Shown here: positions 1-12,158 of the stretch, piece after piece
Layout: each line of letters opens with the position of its first letter
How positions within the stretch are numbered: the stretch's first letter is position 1
Assembly (NCBI GenBank): GCA_031282355.1
Contig: JAITDW010000003.1
Location: 27,708 to 91,707, forward strand
Reading direction: 5' to 3'
Source of the DNA: Candidatus Endomicrobiellum neotermitis
GTDB lineage: Bacteria > Elusimicrobiota > Endomicrobiia > Endomicrobiales > Endomicrobiaceae
DNA length: 64,000 nt
The notes under the pieces: generated by a model
Databases searched by the model: none
What the model was told of the DNA's origin: nothing
Seen by the model: only the letters and a program-made list of their open reading frames with translations
Program-made: the position numbers and the translations under genes

Positions 1-97
1 ATTAATATTTCCATGTCATTTCTATATTAAACAATTCAAGAAATAAGTTCACAACATTCTAACAAATGAACATTTCATAATTATATATTTTTTACTA

Positions 98-853
98 TTA
101 CATGAAATACTCAATAATTTTTGTAAATACTTCTATTTCTAAACTAGCACTACCAACTAATATACCATCTACATTAGAGGCCCCTACAAAATTCGATATA
201 TTATTTAGGTTAATAGACCCTCCATAAATAATTCTAGCACTTCTAATAACACTTTTATACATTTTACTGTAAGTTTTTTTTATAAAAGAATGAACATTTT
301 GAATTTGGTCTAAAGTAGCGATATTTCCTGTTCCAACTGCCCATACTGGCTCGTAAGCTATAACAACTAAAGACGCAGATTTTTCTGTAAGATTAGATAA
401 TGCAAGTGTTAGTTGTTTCTTTATAACGTCAAATGTCATATTCTTCTCTCTTTCTTCAAGAGTTTCTCCTATACAAAGTATTGGAATAAGCCCAGCTGAA
501 AAAGCTGCGTTTATTTTTTTATTTATATTATTGTCACTTTCTCCAAAGTACTGTTTACGTTCTGAATGACCTATTAGAACATAAGTACAGCCAACATCTT
601 TTATCATTAATGGAGAAATTTCACCAGTAAATGCTCCTTCTGTTTTCCAAAAAAGATTTTGTGCTCCAAGATTAATATTTGAATTCTTTATTTCTCCATT
701 TACAGTATGAAGTGCTGTAAATGGAGGACAAACCACAATCTCAATATTCCCATCTGCATTAGAAATTGTTTTTTTTAAAGATCTTATGATTTCTAAAGAA
801 TCAGAAATAGTTTTATTCATTTTCCAATTTCCTACTATCAAAAATTTTTTCAT
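98..853 (-). CDS. tpiA: triosephosphate isomerase
   Basis: GNWKMN, GAFTGEISP, IGHSER, AYEPVWA and YGGS motifs. Confidence 0.97.
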   Translation of the reverse strand: MKKFLIVGNWKMNKTISDSLEIIRSLKKTISNADGNIEIVVCPPFTALHTVNGEIKNSNINLGAQNLFWKTEGAFTGEISPLMIKDVGCTYVLIGHSERKQYFGESDNNINKKINAAFSAGLIPILCIGETLEEREKNMTFDVIKKQLTLALSNLTEKSASLVVIAYEPVWAVGTGNIATLDQIQNVHSFIKKTYSKMYKSVIRSARIIYGGSINLNNISNFVGASNVDGILVGSASLEIEVFTKIIEYFM

Positions 854-1209
854 AAAAATACCTCACTGATTTTATGGCGTAAATTGGCCACAACTTTTAT
901 ATTTATCAATTAAACGTTCATCACAGCTACTTATATTAGACTAAAAATAAAAAGAGATAGAGACTATCAAAATAATGTAAGAAATTCAAGTATACAAAAT
1001 ATCAAAAAATATTTTTTAAATGATAAATCTTTAAAAAATTATAAATAATTTAAAATCATTAGCAAAATCCCAATAAAATTTGTATAATCTGTTTTTAGAT
1101 TAATAAGTCCAATTGATTGTTTTATTCGTATTGCATAAAGTTTTTCAACATAGTTTTATTATGAATTTTATATACATTGATTTTAATTTTTACAGGATAC
1201 GGGTTCAAG

Positions 1210-1650
1210 ATGAATAAAATAACTTATTTACCAAAGCATAATTTAATCGAGAGAAAGTGGCATTTAGTAAACGCTAAAGGTAGAGTTTTAGGAAGACTTG
1301 CAGTAGAATTGGCATATCTTTTAAGTGGTAAGAACAAGGTTTTTTATACAAATCACATAGATTGTGGTGATTTTGTAATTGTTACTAATGCAATAGAAAT
1401 CATTCTTACAGGGAAAAAGCTTAATCAAAAAACGTATTTTACACATTCTGGGTACCCTGGTGGAGCTAAATTAACAGATTACTCTGTTTTAATGGCTGAG
1501 AATCCTGAAAAAGCACTGTTTGCTGCGGTTAAGGGAATGCTTCCAAAAAATAAACTTGCAAGAAAACAAATTAAAAGACTTAAGGTGTTTAAATATAATA
1601 AACATGTGCATGATTGTCAATTAATACAAAATAAAAAGGGGAAAGAATGA
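1210..1650 (+). CDS. rplM: 50S ribosomal protein L13
   Basis: KWHLVNA..VLGRLA, DCGDFVIV, HSGYPGG, GMLPKN; start moved to ATG 1210 (the ORF track starts at TTG 1177). Confidence 0.96.
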   Translation: MNKITYLPKHNLIERKWHLVNAKGRVLGRLAVELAYLLSGKNKVFYTNHIDCGDFVIVTNAIEIILTGKKLNQKTYFTHSGYPGGAKLTDYSVLMAENPEKALFAAVKGMLPKNKLARKQIKRLKVFKYNKHVHDCQLIQNKKGKE

Positions 1651-2045
1651 GTGACATTTCTTGTACAAATGTTGTAGGGCGCAGAAAAAATGCAGTTGCT
1701 AGAACAAAAGTTTCTTGCGGTAATGGTAGAATCGTAATCAATGACAAATCTATAGACGAATATTTTAATGGTTTAGAAAGGTTAAAGAAAACAGTTTTAA
1801 AATCTTTTCAAATTTGGGATGGAGCGAAAAAGTACGATTTTCATATTAATGTTAATGGTGGCGGAGTTAGCGGACAGGCAGGCGCTGCGAAACATAGTTT
1901 GGCTAGAGCAATTTTAAAACTTAATAGTTCATTAAAAGTTGACTTAAAAAAAAATGGAGTTCTAACTAGAGATCCTAGGATGGTTGAGAGGAAAAAACCA
2001 GGTAGACCAAAAGCAAGAAAACGATTTCAATTTTCGAAGCGCTAG
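1647..2045 (+). CDS. rpsI: 30S ribosomal protein S9
   Basis: GRRKNAVAR, GGGVSGQAGA, RDPRMVERKKPG..KAR..QFSKR; follows rplM with ATGA overlap. Confidence 0.97.
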   Translation: MSDISCTNVVGRRKNAVARTKVSCGNGRIVINDKSIDEYFNGLERLKKTVLKSFQIWDGAKKYDFHINVNGGGVSGQAGAAKHSLARAILKLNSSLKVDLKKNGVLTRDPRMVERKKPGRPKARKRFQFSKR

Positions 2046-2058
2046 TATCTGTGTAGTT

Positions 2059-3534
<1,476 letters not shown>

Positions 3535-3558
3535 TTAAAAAACTATTATTAATGCGAG

Positions 3559-3587
3559 ATTATACTTATTTCATTTTTATTTTGCAA
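3559..3587 (-). promoter_or_regulatory. sigma70-type promoter of guaB
   Basis: minus strand reads TTGCAA-17 bp-TATAAT, about 40 bp upstream of the guaB start. Confidence 0.6.
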
Positions 3588-3673
3588 ACGATTATTATCT
3601 ATTTACAACTTATTCACTAATATTTTCTTACAACAAGAGTATAACAAAAATATATGCGAATAAAAACATTTTT

Positions 3674-4975
3674 TTATAAAAATACCCTTTTAAAAATATA
3701 GTCTATATTTTTAAACTGTGATTCAATATCACAGACATTCTTTATTTCTTGAACACTTAAATATTTCCTTATATTTTGACTTTTAAAACATATTTCCTCA
3801 AAAGATATTTTTCTTTTTTTTGCATTAAAAGCTAGTGATTGAACTATCTTATATGCAATTTCTCTAGACATCCCCTTATTAATAAGTAAAATAAGTAATG
3901 TTCCTGAAAAAATAACATCTTTTGTTTTATCTAAATTTATTTGCATATTTTTTGGATAAACTTTAAGATTCGATAACAAGTATTGCATTCTAATAAGCAT
4001 ATAATGCAACACTGCTGAAGCATCTGGTAACATAATTCTTTCAGTAGAAGAGTGACTTATATCACGTTCATGCCAAAGTGTAATATTTTCCATTGCAGTT
4101 ATAGCATATCCTCTTAAAAGTCTAGCAAGACCACATATATTTTCAGAAATTATAGGATTTTTTTTATGTGGCATTGCAGAAGATCCTTTTTGTCCTTTAG
4201 TAAAAGGCTCTTCAACTTCACTAATTTCACTTTTTTGAAGATGTCTTATTTCTGTTGCTATTCTTTCAAGAGCTGTTCCCAAATGAGCAAGAGTTGAAAA
4301 ATAAATTGAGTACCTATCACGCGGAATTACTTGTGTTGATATAGGTTCTGGTTTTAATTTCATTTTTTTGCATACATATTTCTCAATATTTGGATTTAAA
4401 TGTGCCATAGTACCAACAGCCCCAGAAATTTTTCCATAGCTTACAGTTTCAAGGGTAAACTTGAGTCTGTCCAAAGATCTAATAATTTCAGAATACCAAG
4501 AAGCTACTTTTAAGCCAAATGTCATAGGTTCGGCATGAATTCCATGAGTTCTTCCAATGATTGGAAGCATTTTATATTTTTTTGCTAACTTTGATATTAT
4601 AAATGCAAGGCGTTTTGTTTCACTTATGAGTAGATTTGTAGACTGCTTTAGTTGTGCTCCTGTAGCAGTGTCTAAGACATCAGAAGAAGTCATACCTAAA
4701 TGCAAAAATCTACCTTCAGGACCTATGGTTTCTACAACAGCAGTCAAGAAAGATATCACATCATGCTTAACAGTAAGTTCAATTTTATTTATTCTTTCAA
4801 TATCAATATAAGCTCTTTTTTTTATTATTTCTATAGCTTTTTTAGGAATTATTCCAATATTTGCCATAAACTCAGCTACAAAAATTTCAATTTCAAGCAT
4901 CTTTTTAAATTTATTTTCAGAAGACCAAATCATAGCCATTTCAGGCATCACATAACGCGAAATCATTTCAAACAC
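3674..4975 (-). CDS. purB: adenylosuccinate lyase
   Basis: HLGMTSSD, GRTHGIHAEP, GSSAMPHKKNP signature; start may be ATG 4966. Confidence 0.96.
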   Translation of the reverse strand: MFEMISRYVMPEMAMIWSSENKFKKMLEIEIFVAEFMANIGIIPKKAIEIIKKRAYIDIERINKIELTVKHDVISFLTAVVETIGPEGRFLHLGMTSSDVLDTATGAQLKQSTNLLISETKRLAFIISKLAKKYKMLPIIGRTHGIHAEPMTFGLKVASWYSEIIRSLDRLKFTLETVSYGKISGAVGTMAHLNPNIEKYVCKKMKLKPEPISTQVIPRDRYSIYFSTLAHLGTALERIATEIRHLQKSEISEVEEPFTKGQKGSSAMPHKKNPIISENICGLARLLRGYAITAMENITLWHERDISHSSTERIMLPDASAVLHYMLIRMQYLLSNLKVYPKNMQINLDKTKDVIFSGTLLILLINKGMSREIAYKIVQSLAFNAKKRKISFEEICFKSQNIRKYLSVQEIKNVCDIESQFKNIDYIFKRVFL

Positions 4976-5085
4976 TCCGAAAAACCAGTTTAAGAGATAT
5001 TTACATATAACTACTAATTTTTTTATTTTTTAAAAATTAAAACTCAAATAATACAACTAAAATAACACTGTAGTACGAGGAATAA

Positions 5086-5682
5086 TTATTTTAAGTTCTC
5101 TATAATTTTTTTTATTGCCTTAGGATATATTTCGTGCTCTACATTCAAAACTCTATTTGCCAAATCATTTGGAGTATCAGTTTTAAGAACTTTCACTTCT
5201 TGTTGCATAATAATACTACCTGTATCATAACCTTCATCAACAAAATGCACCGTTGCCCCAGATTTAGTTTCTCTTGATTCTATAACAGCTTTATGAACGC
5301 GAATTCCGTACATCCCTTTTCCTCCAAACTTTGGCAGAAGTGATGGATGTATATTCAAAATTCTATTATGATAGGTATCGATCAAATTTCGACTAATAAT
5401 TCTTGTATATCCTGCAAGGCAAATAATATCTACTTTTATATTTTGAAGTTCTCTTAATATCATGCAGTTTAAAAAATTTTCATTTTTTAATTCACTATTT
5501 CTCACACAGATAGTACTTATATTTTCACATTCAGCATATTTAATAGCATAAGCAGTAGGATTACTTGAAATAACTAGAATTACCTTTGCAATTTTTTTCA
5601 GTATTCCTCTTTTTGTAGCATTTATTATAGCTCTCATGTTAGATCCATTACCTGAGACTAAAATAGCAATATGTTTTATCAT
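5086..5682 (-). CDS. purN: phosphoribosylglycinamide formyltransferase
   Basis: SGNGSN, LAGY, NIHPSLLP, GATVHFVD..DTG. Confidence 0.96.
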   Translation of the reverse strand: MIKHIAILVSGNGSNMRAIINATKRGILKKIAKVILVISSNPTAYAIKYAECENISTICVRNSELKNENFLNCMILRELQNIKVDIICLAGYTRIISRNLIDTYHNRILNIHPSLLPKFGGKGMYGIRVHKAVIESRETKSGATVHFVDEGYDTGSIIMQQEVKVLKTDTPNDLANRVLNVEHEIYPKAIKKIIENLK

Positions 5683-6656
5683 ATAAGTTCGACACCTTTT
5701 TTACCTTTTTCAACAGTTCCTACTATTTTTGCATTTTTCAAAAAATTTTTAATCTGTAAAGCAACATCAGGATGTACAATTAAAATCATCCCTATACCCA
5801 TATTAAAAGTCCGATAAATATCCTTTTCTGATGTACCTTTTTTTCTTTGAATAATTTTAAATATTTTAGGAATTTCCCATGAATTTTTATTGATCACAAC
5901 TTTTATTCCTTGTGGTAAAATTCTTTTTATTTTATCGTAAAAACTGCCACCAGTAATATGAGCAATACCTGATATGTTTTGCGTTTTTGTATTAAATTTT
6001 GCAAGCGCTCTAAGAATTTCTTTAACATAAATTCTTGTAGGAGTCAGTAGCTCTTTTGAGTATTGTTTTAGTTCAGCATCTGAAAAAATATTTCTAACTA
6101 AGGAGTAACCATTTGAATGAAGCCCACTTGAAGGTAATCCTATTACAACATCACCTGGTTTTATTTTGTCTCCTTTTATCTCATTATCTGCTTCTACTAT
6201 TCCTACTGAGAAACCTGCAATATCATATTCACCATCCCTATAAAATCCAGGCATTTCAGCAGTTTCTCCACCTATAAGCTGTGAATCTGCTAATTTACAC
6301 CCTATAGTTATACCTTTAATAACTTGCTCTGCTTGAACTACATCTAATTTACTGCATGCAAAATAATCTAAGAAAAAAAGTGGTTTTGCTCCTGAACATA
6401 TTATGTCATTTACATTCATTGCAACTAGATCTATTCCTATGGTACTATGTTTATTGAACATAAATGCAAGTTTTAACTTTGTACCTACTCCATCAGTTGA
6501 ACTAACGATGTTATATTTTGTTCCTACAATTGGAAACGATCCACCAAAACCTCCGATTTTTGGAAATTTTTTTCTGAGTTTTTTTATAAACTCATTACTT
6601 GCATCAATATCTACACCAGCTTCTTTGTACGCATTAAACATATAATTTTTGAACAC
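5679..6656 (-). CDS. purM: AIR synthetase
   Basis: YKEAGVD, DGVGTK, GGETAEMPG, SSGLHSNGYS, AHITGG, FNMGIG. Confidence 0.96.
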   Translation of the reverse strand: MFKNYMFNAYKEAGVDIDASNEFIKKLRKKFPKIGGFGGSFPIVGTKYNIVSSTDGVGTKLKLAFMFNKHSTIGIDLVAMNVNDIICSGAKPLFFLDYFACSKLDVVQAEQVIKGITIGCKLADSQLIGGETAEMPGFYRDGEYDIAGFSVGIVEADNEIKGDKIKPGDVVIGLPSSGLHSNGYSLVRNIFSDAELKQYSKELLTPTRIYVKEILRALAKFNTKTQNISGIAHITGGSFYDKIKRILPQGIKVVINKNSWEIPKIFKIIQRKKGTSEKDIYRTFNMGIGMILIVHPDVALQIKNFLKNAKIVGTVEKGKKGVELI

Positions 6657-6705
6657 ACCTTTCTACATTTTTTTAAATTTTTAACATTTGATATAAATTT
6701 AAAAA

Positions 6706-7287
6706 TTATTTTCTACTACCTAGTTTTATAGCTTTACTGCCATTTTTACACATAGGACATTCATCTTCTTTATAATTTTTTACTTCAATATTCAAAAGAG
6801 AAAAACTTGGTACTCCAAAATTAATTTTTTCAGTACTTCTATCAATAAGCGATGCAATACCAATTACATCCACAGATAGTGTCTTAATAGAATTTATAAT
6901 TTCTTTAACAGAAAGTCCAGTTGTTATAACGTCTTCAACTATTAAAACCTTTTCACCTCTATTTATTGAAAATCCCCTTCTTAGTGATACATTACCATCA
7001 TTAATTCTTTCAGTAAACACTGAGCGAATTTTTAGTATTCTTGCCATTTCATAACCTACAATGATACCACCTATTGCAGGTGATATTAAAACATCCGGTT
7101 TTATACCGCCATATTTTTTTATTTTAATTATAAGTTCTTCAGAAATACATGCAGCTTTTTCTGGATATTGTAAAATTAGAGCAGATTGAAAGTATGTATC
7201 AGAATGAAGTCCACTTGATAGTTTAAAATGTCCATCAAGAAGTGCATTGCTTCGCTTAAATAATTTTATAAGCTCATTTTGTTGCAT
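6706..7287 (-). CDS. pyrE: orotate phosphoribosyltransferase
   Basis: GHFKLSSGLHS and the PRPP-binding VEDVITTG; pyr cluster context. Confidence 0.95.
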   Translation of the reverse strand: MQQNELIKLFKRSNALLDGHFKLSSGLHSDTYFQSALILQYPEKAACISEELIIKIKKYGGIKPDVLISPAIGGIIVGYEMARILKIRSVFTERINDGNVSLRRGFSINRGEKVLIVEDVITTGLSVKEIINSIKTLSVDVIGIASLIDRSTEKINFGVPSFSLLNIEVKNYKEDECPMCKNGSKAIKLGSRK

Positions 7288-7357
7288 TAATATTGTCCTC
7301 TTGTTTTATCAATTTTTAGATAAAATAAACTTTGTATCAAAATAATTTTTTAAAAAA

Positions 7358-8011
7358 TTACTTTATCATATTAATATTTTCATAAATATTTTTTGTAACA
7401 TCAGCTGGATTTATAGCTTCTAATATTGGCCTTCCTATGATTATAAAATCAGCACCTGCATTTATAGCGGTTTCAGGGCTAGCTATTCTTTTTTGATCAT
7501 CATGATTTTTGCTTAGCCTAATTCCAGGGACTGCAACATCAAATTTTTCACCACATTCTTTTTTAATTAGTGCTACCTCAAGCGGTGACGATATTACACC
7601 ATCAACACCACAAAATTTCGCAAATTTTGCTCTTTTTATTACTTCTTTCGGAGTTGCAGTTTGGCTTGTCAAAGTAGTTACAGCCCATATTTTAGGTTTA
7701 TTTTTAACTTGTGTTGCAGCTCTAAGCATTTCTTCACCTCCTACAGCATGAACTGTTAAACTAAAAATACCTAACTCTTTTGCGGATTCTACTGAATGCC
7801 TTACTGTATTTGGTATGTCATGAAATTTTAGGTCTAAAAATATTTTTTTTCCATTATCTTTTATTATCTTTATAACTTCTTTACTAAATCTCAAAAACAG
7901 AATAGGTCCTAATTTATAAATATCAATATAAGGACTTGTATCTTCTACAAGTTTTTTTGCCTTTTCTAAACTATAAACATCAAGTGCAAGTATAATTTTT
8001 TTTATTTTCAT
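7358..8011 (-). CDS. pyrF: orotidine 5'-phosphate decarboxylase
   Basis: LALD, FLDLKFHDIPNT, PGIR, DQKR, GRPI. Confidence 0.96.
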   Translation of the reverse strand: MKIKKIILALDVYSLEKAKKLVEDTSPYIDIYKLGPILFLRFSKEVIKIIKDNGKKIFLDLKFHDIPNTVRHSVESAKELGIFSLTVHAVGGEEMLRAATQVKNKPKIWAVTTLTSQTATPKEVIKRAKFAKFCGVDGVISSPLEVALIKKECGEKFDVAVPGIRLSKNHDDQKRIASPETAINAGADFIIIGRPILEAINPADVTKNIYENINMIK

Positions 8012-8062
8012 TTTTTATTATAATTTGACGTTTGTTGCATAATTTTATATATCTTTACACCT

Positions 8063-8995
8063 TTATTTTAATATTTTACTATTGACAATACCAATTACTT
8101 CTTTTATTGATTTTATGCTTTTACATTTTAATATAAATTCAATCTCATTGATAATTTTTATTAGATTTTTAGGAGAAACTAAACTTGCACTTCCAACACT
8201 AACTACTGATGCTCCTGCAAGCATAAACTCAATTGCATCCTCCCCAGTCATTATACCACCGCAACCAACAATAGGTATTTTTATACGTTGATAGGCATTA
8301 TATACGTGGTATATAGACATCGGTTTTATACAAGATCCTGACATTCCACCATTTATGGTTGAAAGTTTAGGAGTAAAATTTTTGACATTTATAGCCACTG
8401 CAGGATAAGTATTTGTAAGTGTAACAGCATTTGCACCAACATTTTGCGCTGCTAACGCAAGTCTAGGGATATCAGCAACAAGTGGTGAAAGTTTTGCAAT
8501 AATTGGAATCTTTAATATTTTTTTTACCCCTTTTATTATATTTTGCATTAAAGATAAATTATGACATATTGGTTTTTTTCTTAAATTTGGGCAAGATAAA
8601 TTAAGTTCTACTGCTGATATAATGCTATTATTCTGCATATTTAGTATTTTTGCTATTTCTCTATACTCTTTTTCTGTGTTTCCAGCAATACTCACTATTA
8701 TTGGTACTCCTATTTTACTTAATCTATCAAGAGGTTCATCTATAAATGACATTACACCAATATTTTGCAGTCCTATTGTATTTAACAATCCAGATTCAAC
8801 CTCAACTATCCTTGGCTGTGGATTCCCAAAACGTGGATGTAAAGTTATTGTTTTTGTTATAATGCCACCAAGCTTTTTTAATGGAATTAAATCTTCAGCT
8901 TCATATCCATATCCAAAAGTTCCAGATGCTGTGAGCACAGGATTCTTTAACTCGATTCCTAAAAAATTTATACCTAAATTCGGGATCATATTCAT
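8063..8995 (-). CDS. pyrD: dihydroorotate dehydrogenase family 1B catalytic subunit
   Basis: ASGTFGYG, NTIGLQN, ELNLSCPN, KLSP, GGMSG; adjacent to pyrK. Confidence 0.95.
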   Translation of the reverse strand: MNMIPNLGINFLGIELKNPVLTASGTFGYGYEAEDLIPLKKLGGIITKTITLHPRFGNPQPRIVEVESGLLNTIGLQNIGVMSFIDEPLDRLSKIGVPIIVSIAGNTEKEYREIAKILNMQNNSIISAVELNLSCPNLRKKPICHNLSLMQNIIKGVKKILKIPIIAKLSPLVADIPRLALAAQNVGANAVTLTNTYPAVAINVKNFTPKLSTINGGMSGSCIKPMSIYHVYNAYQRIKIPIVGCGGIMTGEDAIEFMLAGASVVSVGSASLVSPKNLIKIINEIEFILKCKSIKSIKEVIGIVNSKILK

Positions 8996-9101
8996 TTATA
9001 TATTACGCGATATTTACTTATATTTCTTATAAACTATTTAATCATTTGATAGAAATAAAAAATTTAAATTCTATTTATATTTTATTTGTACTAGACAATA
9101 A

Positions 9102-9884
9102 TCATAGATCAATATCTTCTATTCTAAAAATAGTACCATCTCTACATACCCTTTTATTTTGTCCTTTTACTTTTACTACACATCCTTGACAATTACCTAT
9201 ACCACATGCCATTTTTTCTTCAAGAGAAGCAAATCCATTTATATTTTTTTCTTTTGCAATTTGAGAAACCTTTTTTAACATAGATGCTGGACCACAAACA
9301 AACAACGTATTATCATTTCTTAAATCTTTGTGCAATATATCGGTTATATAACCTTTATATCCTTGTGAACCATCTTCTGTAGAAATAATAATTTTCCAAC
9401 CAATTTTCTTAAATTTTTCAAGACATAACAAATCTTTCTCTGAATAAACACCATAATAAATGGTACCACGAGTATTTAAATTAATAGCAAGAAAATAAAG
9501 TGAAACTATTCCAGTACCACCTGCTATAATAATAGGACTGAAATTACAACTTTTATTATTTATTTTTTGTGAAGAAGGAACAAAATTTAAATCGTAGTAA
9601 CTATTACCAAGAGGTCCTAAAAGTTGTATCTTACCAGATTTAATTTTAGATAAATTTCTTGTACCGTCACCAATCACTTTATATAAAAAAATTATAGTAT
9701 TTTTTTTGATATTATGGATACTTATTGGACGACGTAAAAAAACATTAGGGATACTAAGCATAAAAAATTGCCCAGGGTGACAATGTTTAACAGTAATTGG
9801 AGCCTTGATTTTTAGCTCAAAATAATTACCGTGCACTTTTACGTTAGAGATTATTTTATAATTTTTGTCAAATTTTTTATTCAT
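9102..9884 (-). CDS. pyrK: dihydroorotate dehydrogenase electron transfer subunit
   Basis: PGQF, LRRPISI, GPLGN, CGP, and the 2Fe-2S motif MACGIGNCQGC...C. Confidence 0.94.
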   Translation of the reverse strand: MNKKFDKNYKIISNVKVHGNYFELKIKAPITVKHCHPGQFFMLSIPNVFLRRPISIHNIKKNTIIFLYKVIGDGTRNLSKIKSGKIQLLGPLGNSYYDLNFVPSSQKINNKSCNFSPIIIAGGTGIVSLYFLAINLNTRGTIYYGVYSEKDLLCLEKFKKIGWKIIISTEDGSQGYKGYITDILHKDLRNDNTLFVCGPASMLKKVSQIAKEKNINGFASLEEKMACGIGNCQGCVVKVKGQNKRVCRDGTIFRIEDIDL

Positions 9885-9922
9885 TTTATCTTACACTTAT
9901 CATAAAATATCAATACTTTCTA

Positions 9923-11191
9923 TTAAACTTGCCAAACTATTCTTCCTGCTACTATTGTCATAACAACACCGCCTTTAAACCATCTCCCTATAAATGGGGA
10001 ATTTTTACTTTTAGAAACGATATTTTTTTTTGTTAATTTATATGAATAATTTGTATCTATTATCGCAATATCTGCAGTGCTTCCAGATTCAAGAGAACCT
10101 TTTCCATCGAGACTAAAAATTCTTGCAGGATTACAAGTTATCTTCGATATTGCACTTGAAAAACTCAAAACTCCGGTATCAACAAGTTCATTTAAGATGA
10201 GACTTAAAATTGTTTCAAAGCCTATAATACCAAAGGGGGCTAAATCAAATTCTTTATTTTTTTCCTCTTGAGAATGTGGAGCATGATCTGTAGCTATACA
10301 ATCTATAGTTCCATCAAAAAGACCTTGTTTTATGGCATCTATATCTTTCTGTTCTCTCAATGGAGGATTCACTTTTGTGTTTGTATCATAAATTTTTACA
10401 ACATCGTCAGTCAAAGTAAAATAATGCGGACAAGTTTCTGCTGTAACCTTTATACCTTTTTTCTTAGCTTCCCTTATTATACTTACAGATCCTGCAGTTG
10501 AAACATGAGCAATGTGCAAATATCCGCCTGTGAGCTCCGCAAGCATAATATCACGACTTATCATAACTTCTTCAGCTTGCCTCGGAATACCTCTCAATCC
10601 AAGTATCATAGAATTTTTACCTTCATTCATAACGCCATTTTTACTTAATTCTTTATCTTCACTGTGTGAAATGACTGGCAGCTTAAACATTTTTGTATAT
10701 TCTAGAATACGACGCATAATCTGCGAATTCGATATTGGGAATCCATCATCGCTTACTGCTATAATTCCAGCTCTTTTCAGAATACCTATTTCAGACAGTT
10801 CAGTACCTTGTGAATTCTTAGTTGCACATCCTATAGGGAAAATATTTACAAGTCCTTCTTTTTGAGCTTTTAAAATAACAAACTCAGCTGTCGGAGCATT
10901 ATCAATAAGTGGTCTGGTATTAGGCATACAAAGAATAGTGGTTATACCACCCTTTGCAGCAGCACATGTACCAGTGTAAATAGTTTCTTTTTCTTCATAT
11001 CCGGGATCTCGCAAATGAGCATGAACATCAATAAACCCTGGAACTGCAATTTTCCCTTCACCATTAATAACTTTATCGGCATTATTTGAAAAATTTGAAA
11101 CAATTTTATCATCCTTAATGAAAATATCACCAATAAAATCTTTATCTCTAGAGGGGTCTACTATTCGAATATTCTTAATTTGAATATACAT
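9923..11191 (-). CDS. pyrC: dihydroorotase
   Basis: DVHAHLRDPG, MPNT, ETCPHY, KVNPPLR, ATDHAPH. Confidence 0.96.
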   Translation of the reverse strand: MYIQIKNIRIVDPSRDKDFIGDIFIKDDKIVSNFSNNADKVINGEGKIAVPGFIDVHAHLRDPGYEEKETIYTGTCAAAKGGITTILCMPNTRPLIDNAPTAEFVILKAQKEGLVNIFPIGCATKNSQGTELSEIGILKRAGIIAVSDDGFPISNSQIMRRILEYTKMFKLPVISHSEDKELSKNGVMNEGKNSMILGLRGIPRQAEEVMISRDIMLAELTGGYLHIAHVSTAGSVSIIREAKKKGIKVTAETCPHYFTLTDDVVKIYDTNTKVNPPLREQKDIDAIKQGLFDGTIDCIATDHAPHSQEEKNKEFDLAPFGIIGFETILSLILNELVDTGVLSFSSAISKITCNPARIFSLDGKGSLESGSTADIAIIDTNYSYKLTKKNIVSKSKNSPFIGRWFKGGVVMTIVAGRIVWQV

Positions 11192-12113
11192 TTCCTCTCC
11201 TTGGATTCAAAAGATATAATACAGCCATTCTAACTGCTATACCATTTGTAACCTGTTCATTAATAACAGCATTAGAACTATCTGCAGCATCAGAAGATAT
11301 TTCTATACCTCTATTCATTGGTCCTGGATGCATGACTAAAACTTTAGGTTTTGCCATAGCAAGTCTCTCCTTAGTTACTTGGTAAAGTTCTACGTATTCA
11401 TGAACAGATGGAAATAAACTTTCAAATTGACGTTCAAGTTGTATTCTCAAAATATTTATAACATCTGCTTTTTTGATTGCTTCATCTAAGTCATAGTATA
11501 CTTTTACACCAAGTTCTTCAATATTCAATGGAATCAAAGTTGGGGGGCCTACAACAGCCACTTCTGCTCCCATTTTTGTTAATGCCCAGATATTTGATTT
11601 TGCTACCCTTGAATGTAAAATATCTCCAACAAGCAAAACTCTTAAACCTTCAATTTTTTTCTTTTTTTCATATATGGTATACAAATCTAAAAGTCCTTGA
11701 GTAGGATGTTCATGAAAACCATCTCCAGCATTTATAACAGATGCAGCAAGATTTTTCGCAAGCATATACGGAGCTCCTGACATTGAATGCCTTATTATTA
11801 TATAGTCCGCATTCATTGCTTCAAGAGTTTTTCCTGTGTCTATAAGACTTTCGCCTTTAATAACACTCGATGTATTTATTGCGACATTTACAACATCAGC
11901 TGAGAGTCTTTTAGCCGCAATTTCAAATGAAGTTCTTGTGCGTGTTGAAGGTTCATAAAAAAGCATTACAACAGTTTTCCCAATCAATGTAGGAGTTTTC
12001 TTCACAGATCTTGTAAAAAGACTTTTAAAAGGCTTCACTGAATCTAAAACTACTTGTAGATCTTTTTTATCTAAGTATTCAATACCAAGTAAATCTTTGC
12101 ACTTAAAGGACAT
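11175..12113 (-). CDS. pyrB: aspartate carbamoyltransferase catalytic subunit
   Basis: FYEPSTRTRTSF, NAGDG..HPTQ, HSRV, RIQLER, HPGP. Confidence 0.97.
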   Translation of the reverse strand: MSFKCKDLLGIEYLDKKDLQVVLDSVKPFKSLFTRSVKKTPTLIGKTVVMLFYEPSTRTRTSFEIAAKRLSADVVNVAINTSSVIKGESLIDTGKTLEAMNADYIIIRHSMSGAPYMLAKNLAASVINAGDGFHEHPTQGLLDLYTIYEKKKKIEGLRVLLVGDILHSRVAKSNIWALTKMGAEVAVVGPPTLIPLNIEELGVKVYYDLDEAIKKADVINILRIQLERQFESLFPSVHEYVELYQVTKERLAMAKPKVLVMHPGPMNRGIEISSDAADSSNAVINEQVTNGIAVRMAVLYLLNPRRGNVYSN

Positions 12114-12158
12114 TTTTAATCCTTATTTTTACTGTATAATCTATAAAAACTTTTCTAA

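Noticed and set aside
1-14. Possible secG start (minus strand ATG GAA ATA TTA) downstream of tpiA
   Set aside because: Only four codons lie inside the window, which is not enough to call
854-1209. gap or pgk remnant upstream of tpiA
   Set aside because: Only a 4-5 residue resemblance (RLID), within chance expectation
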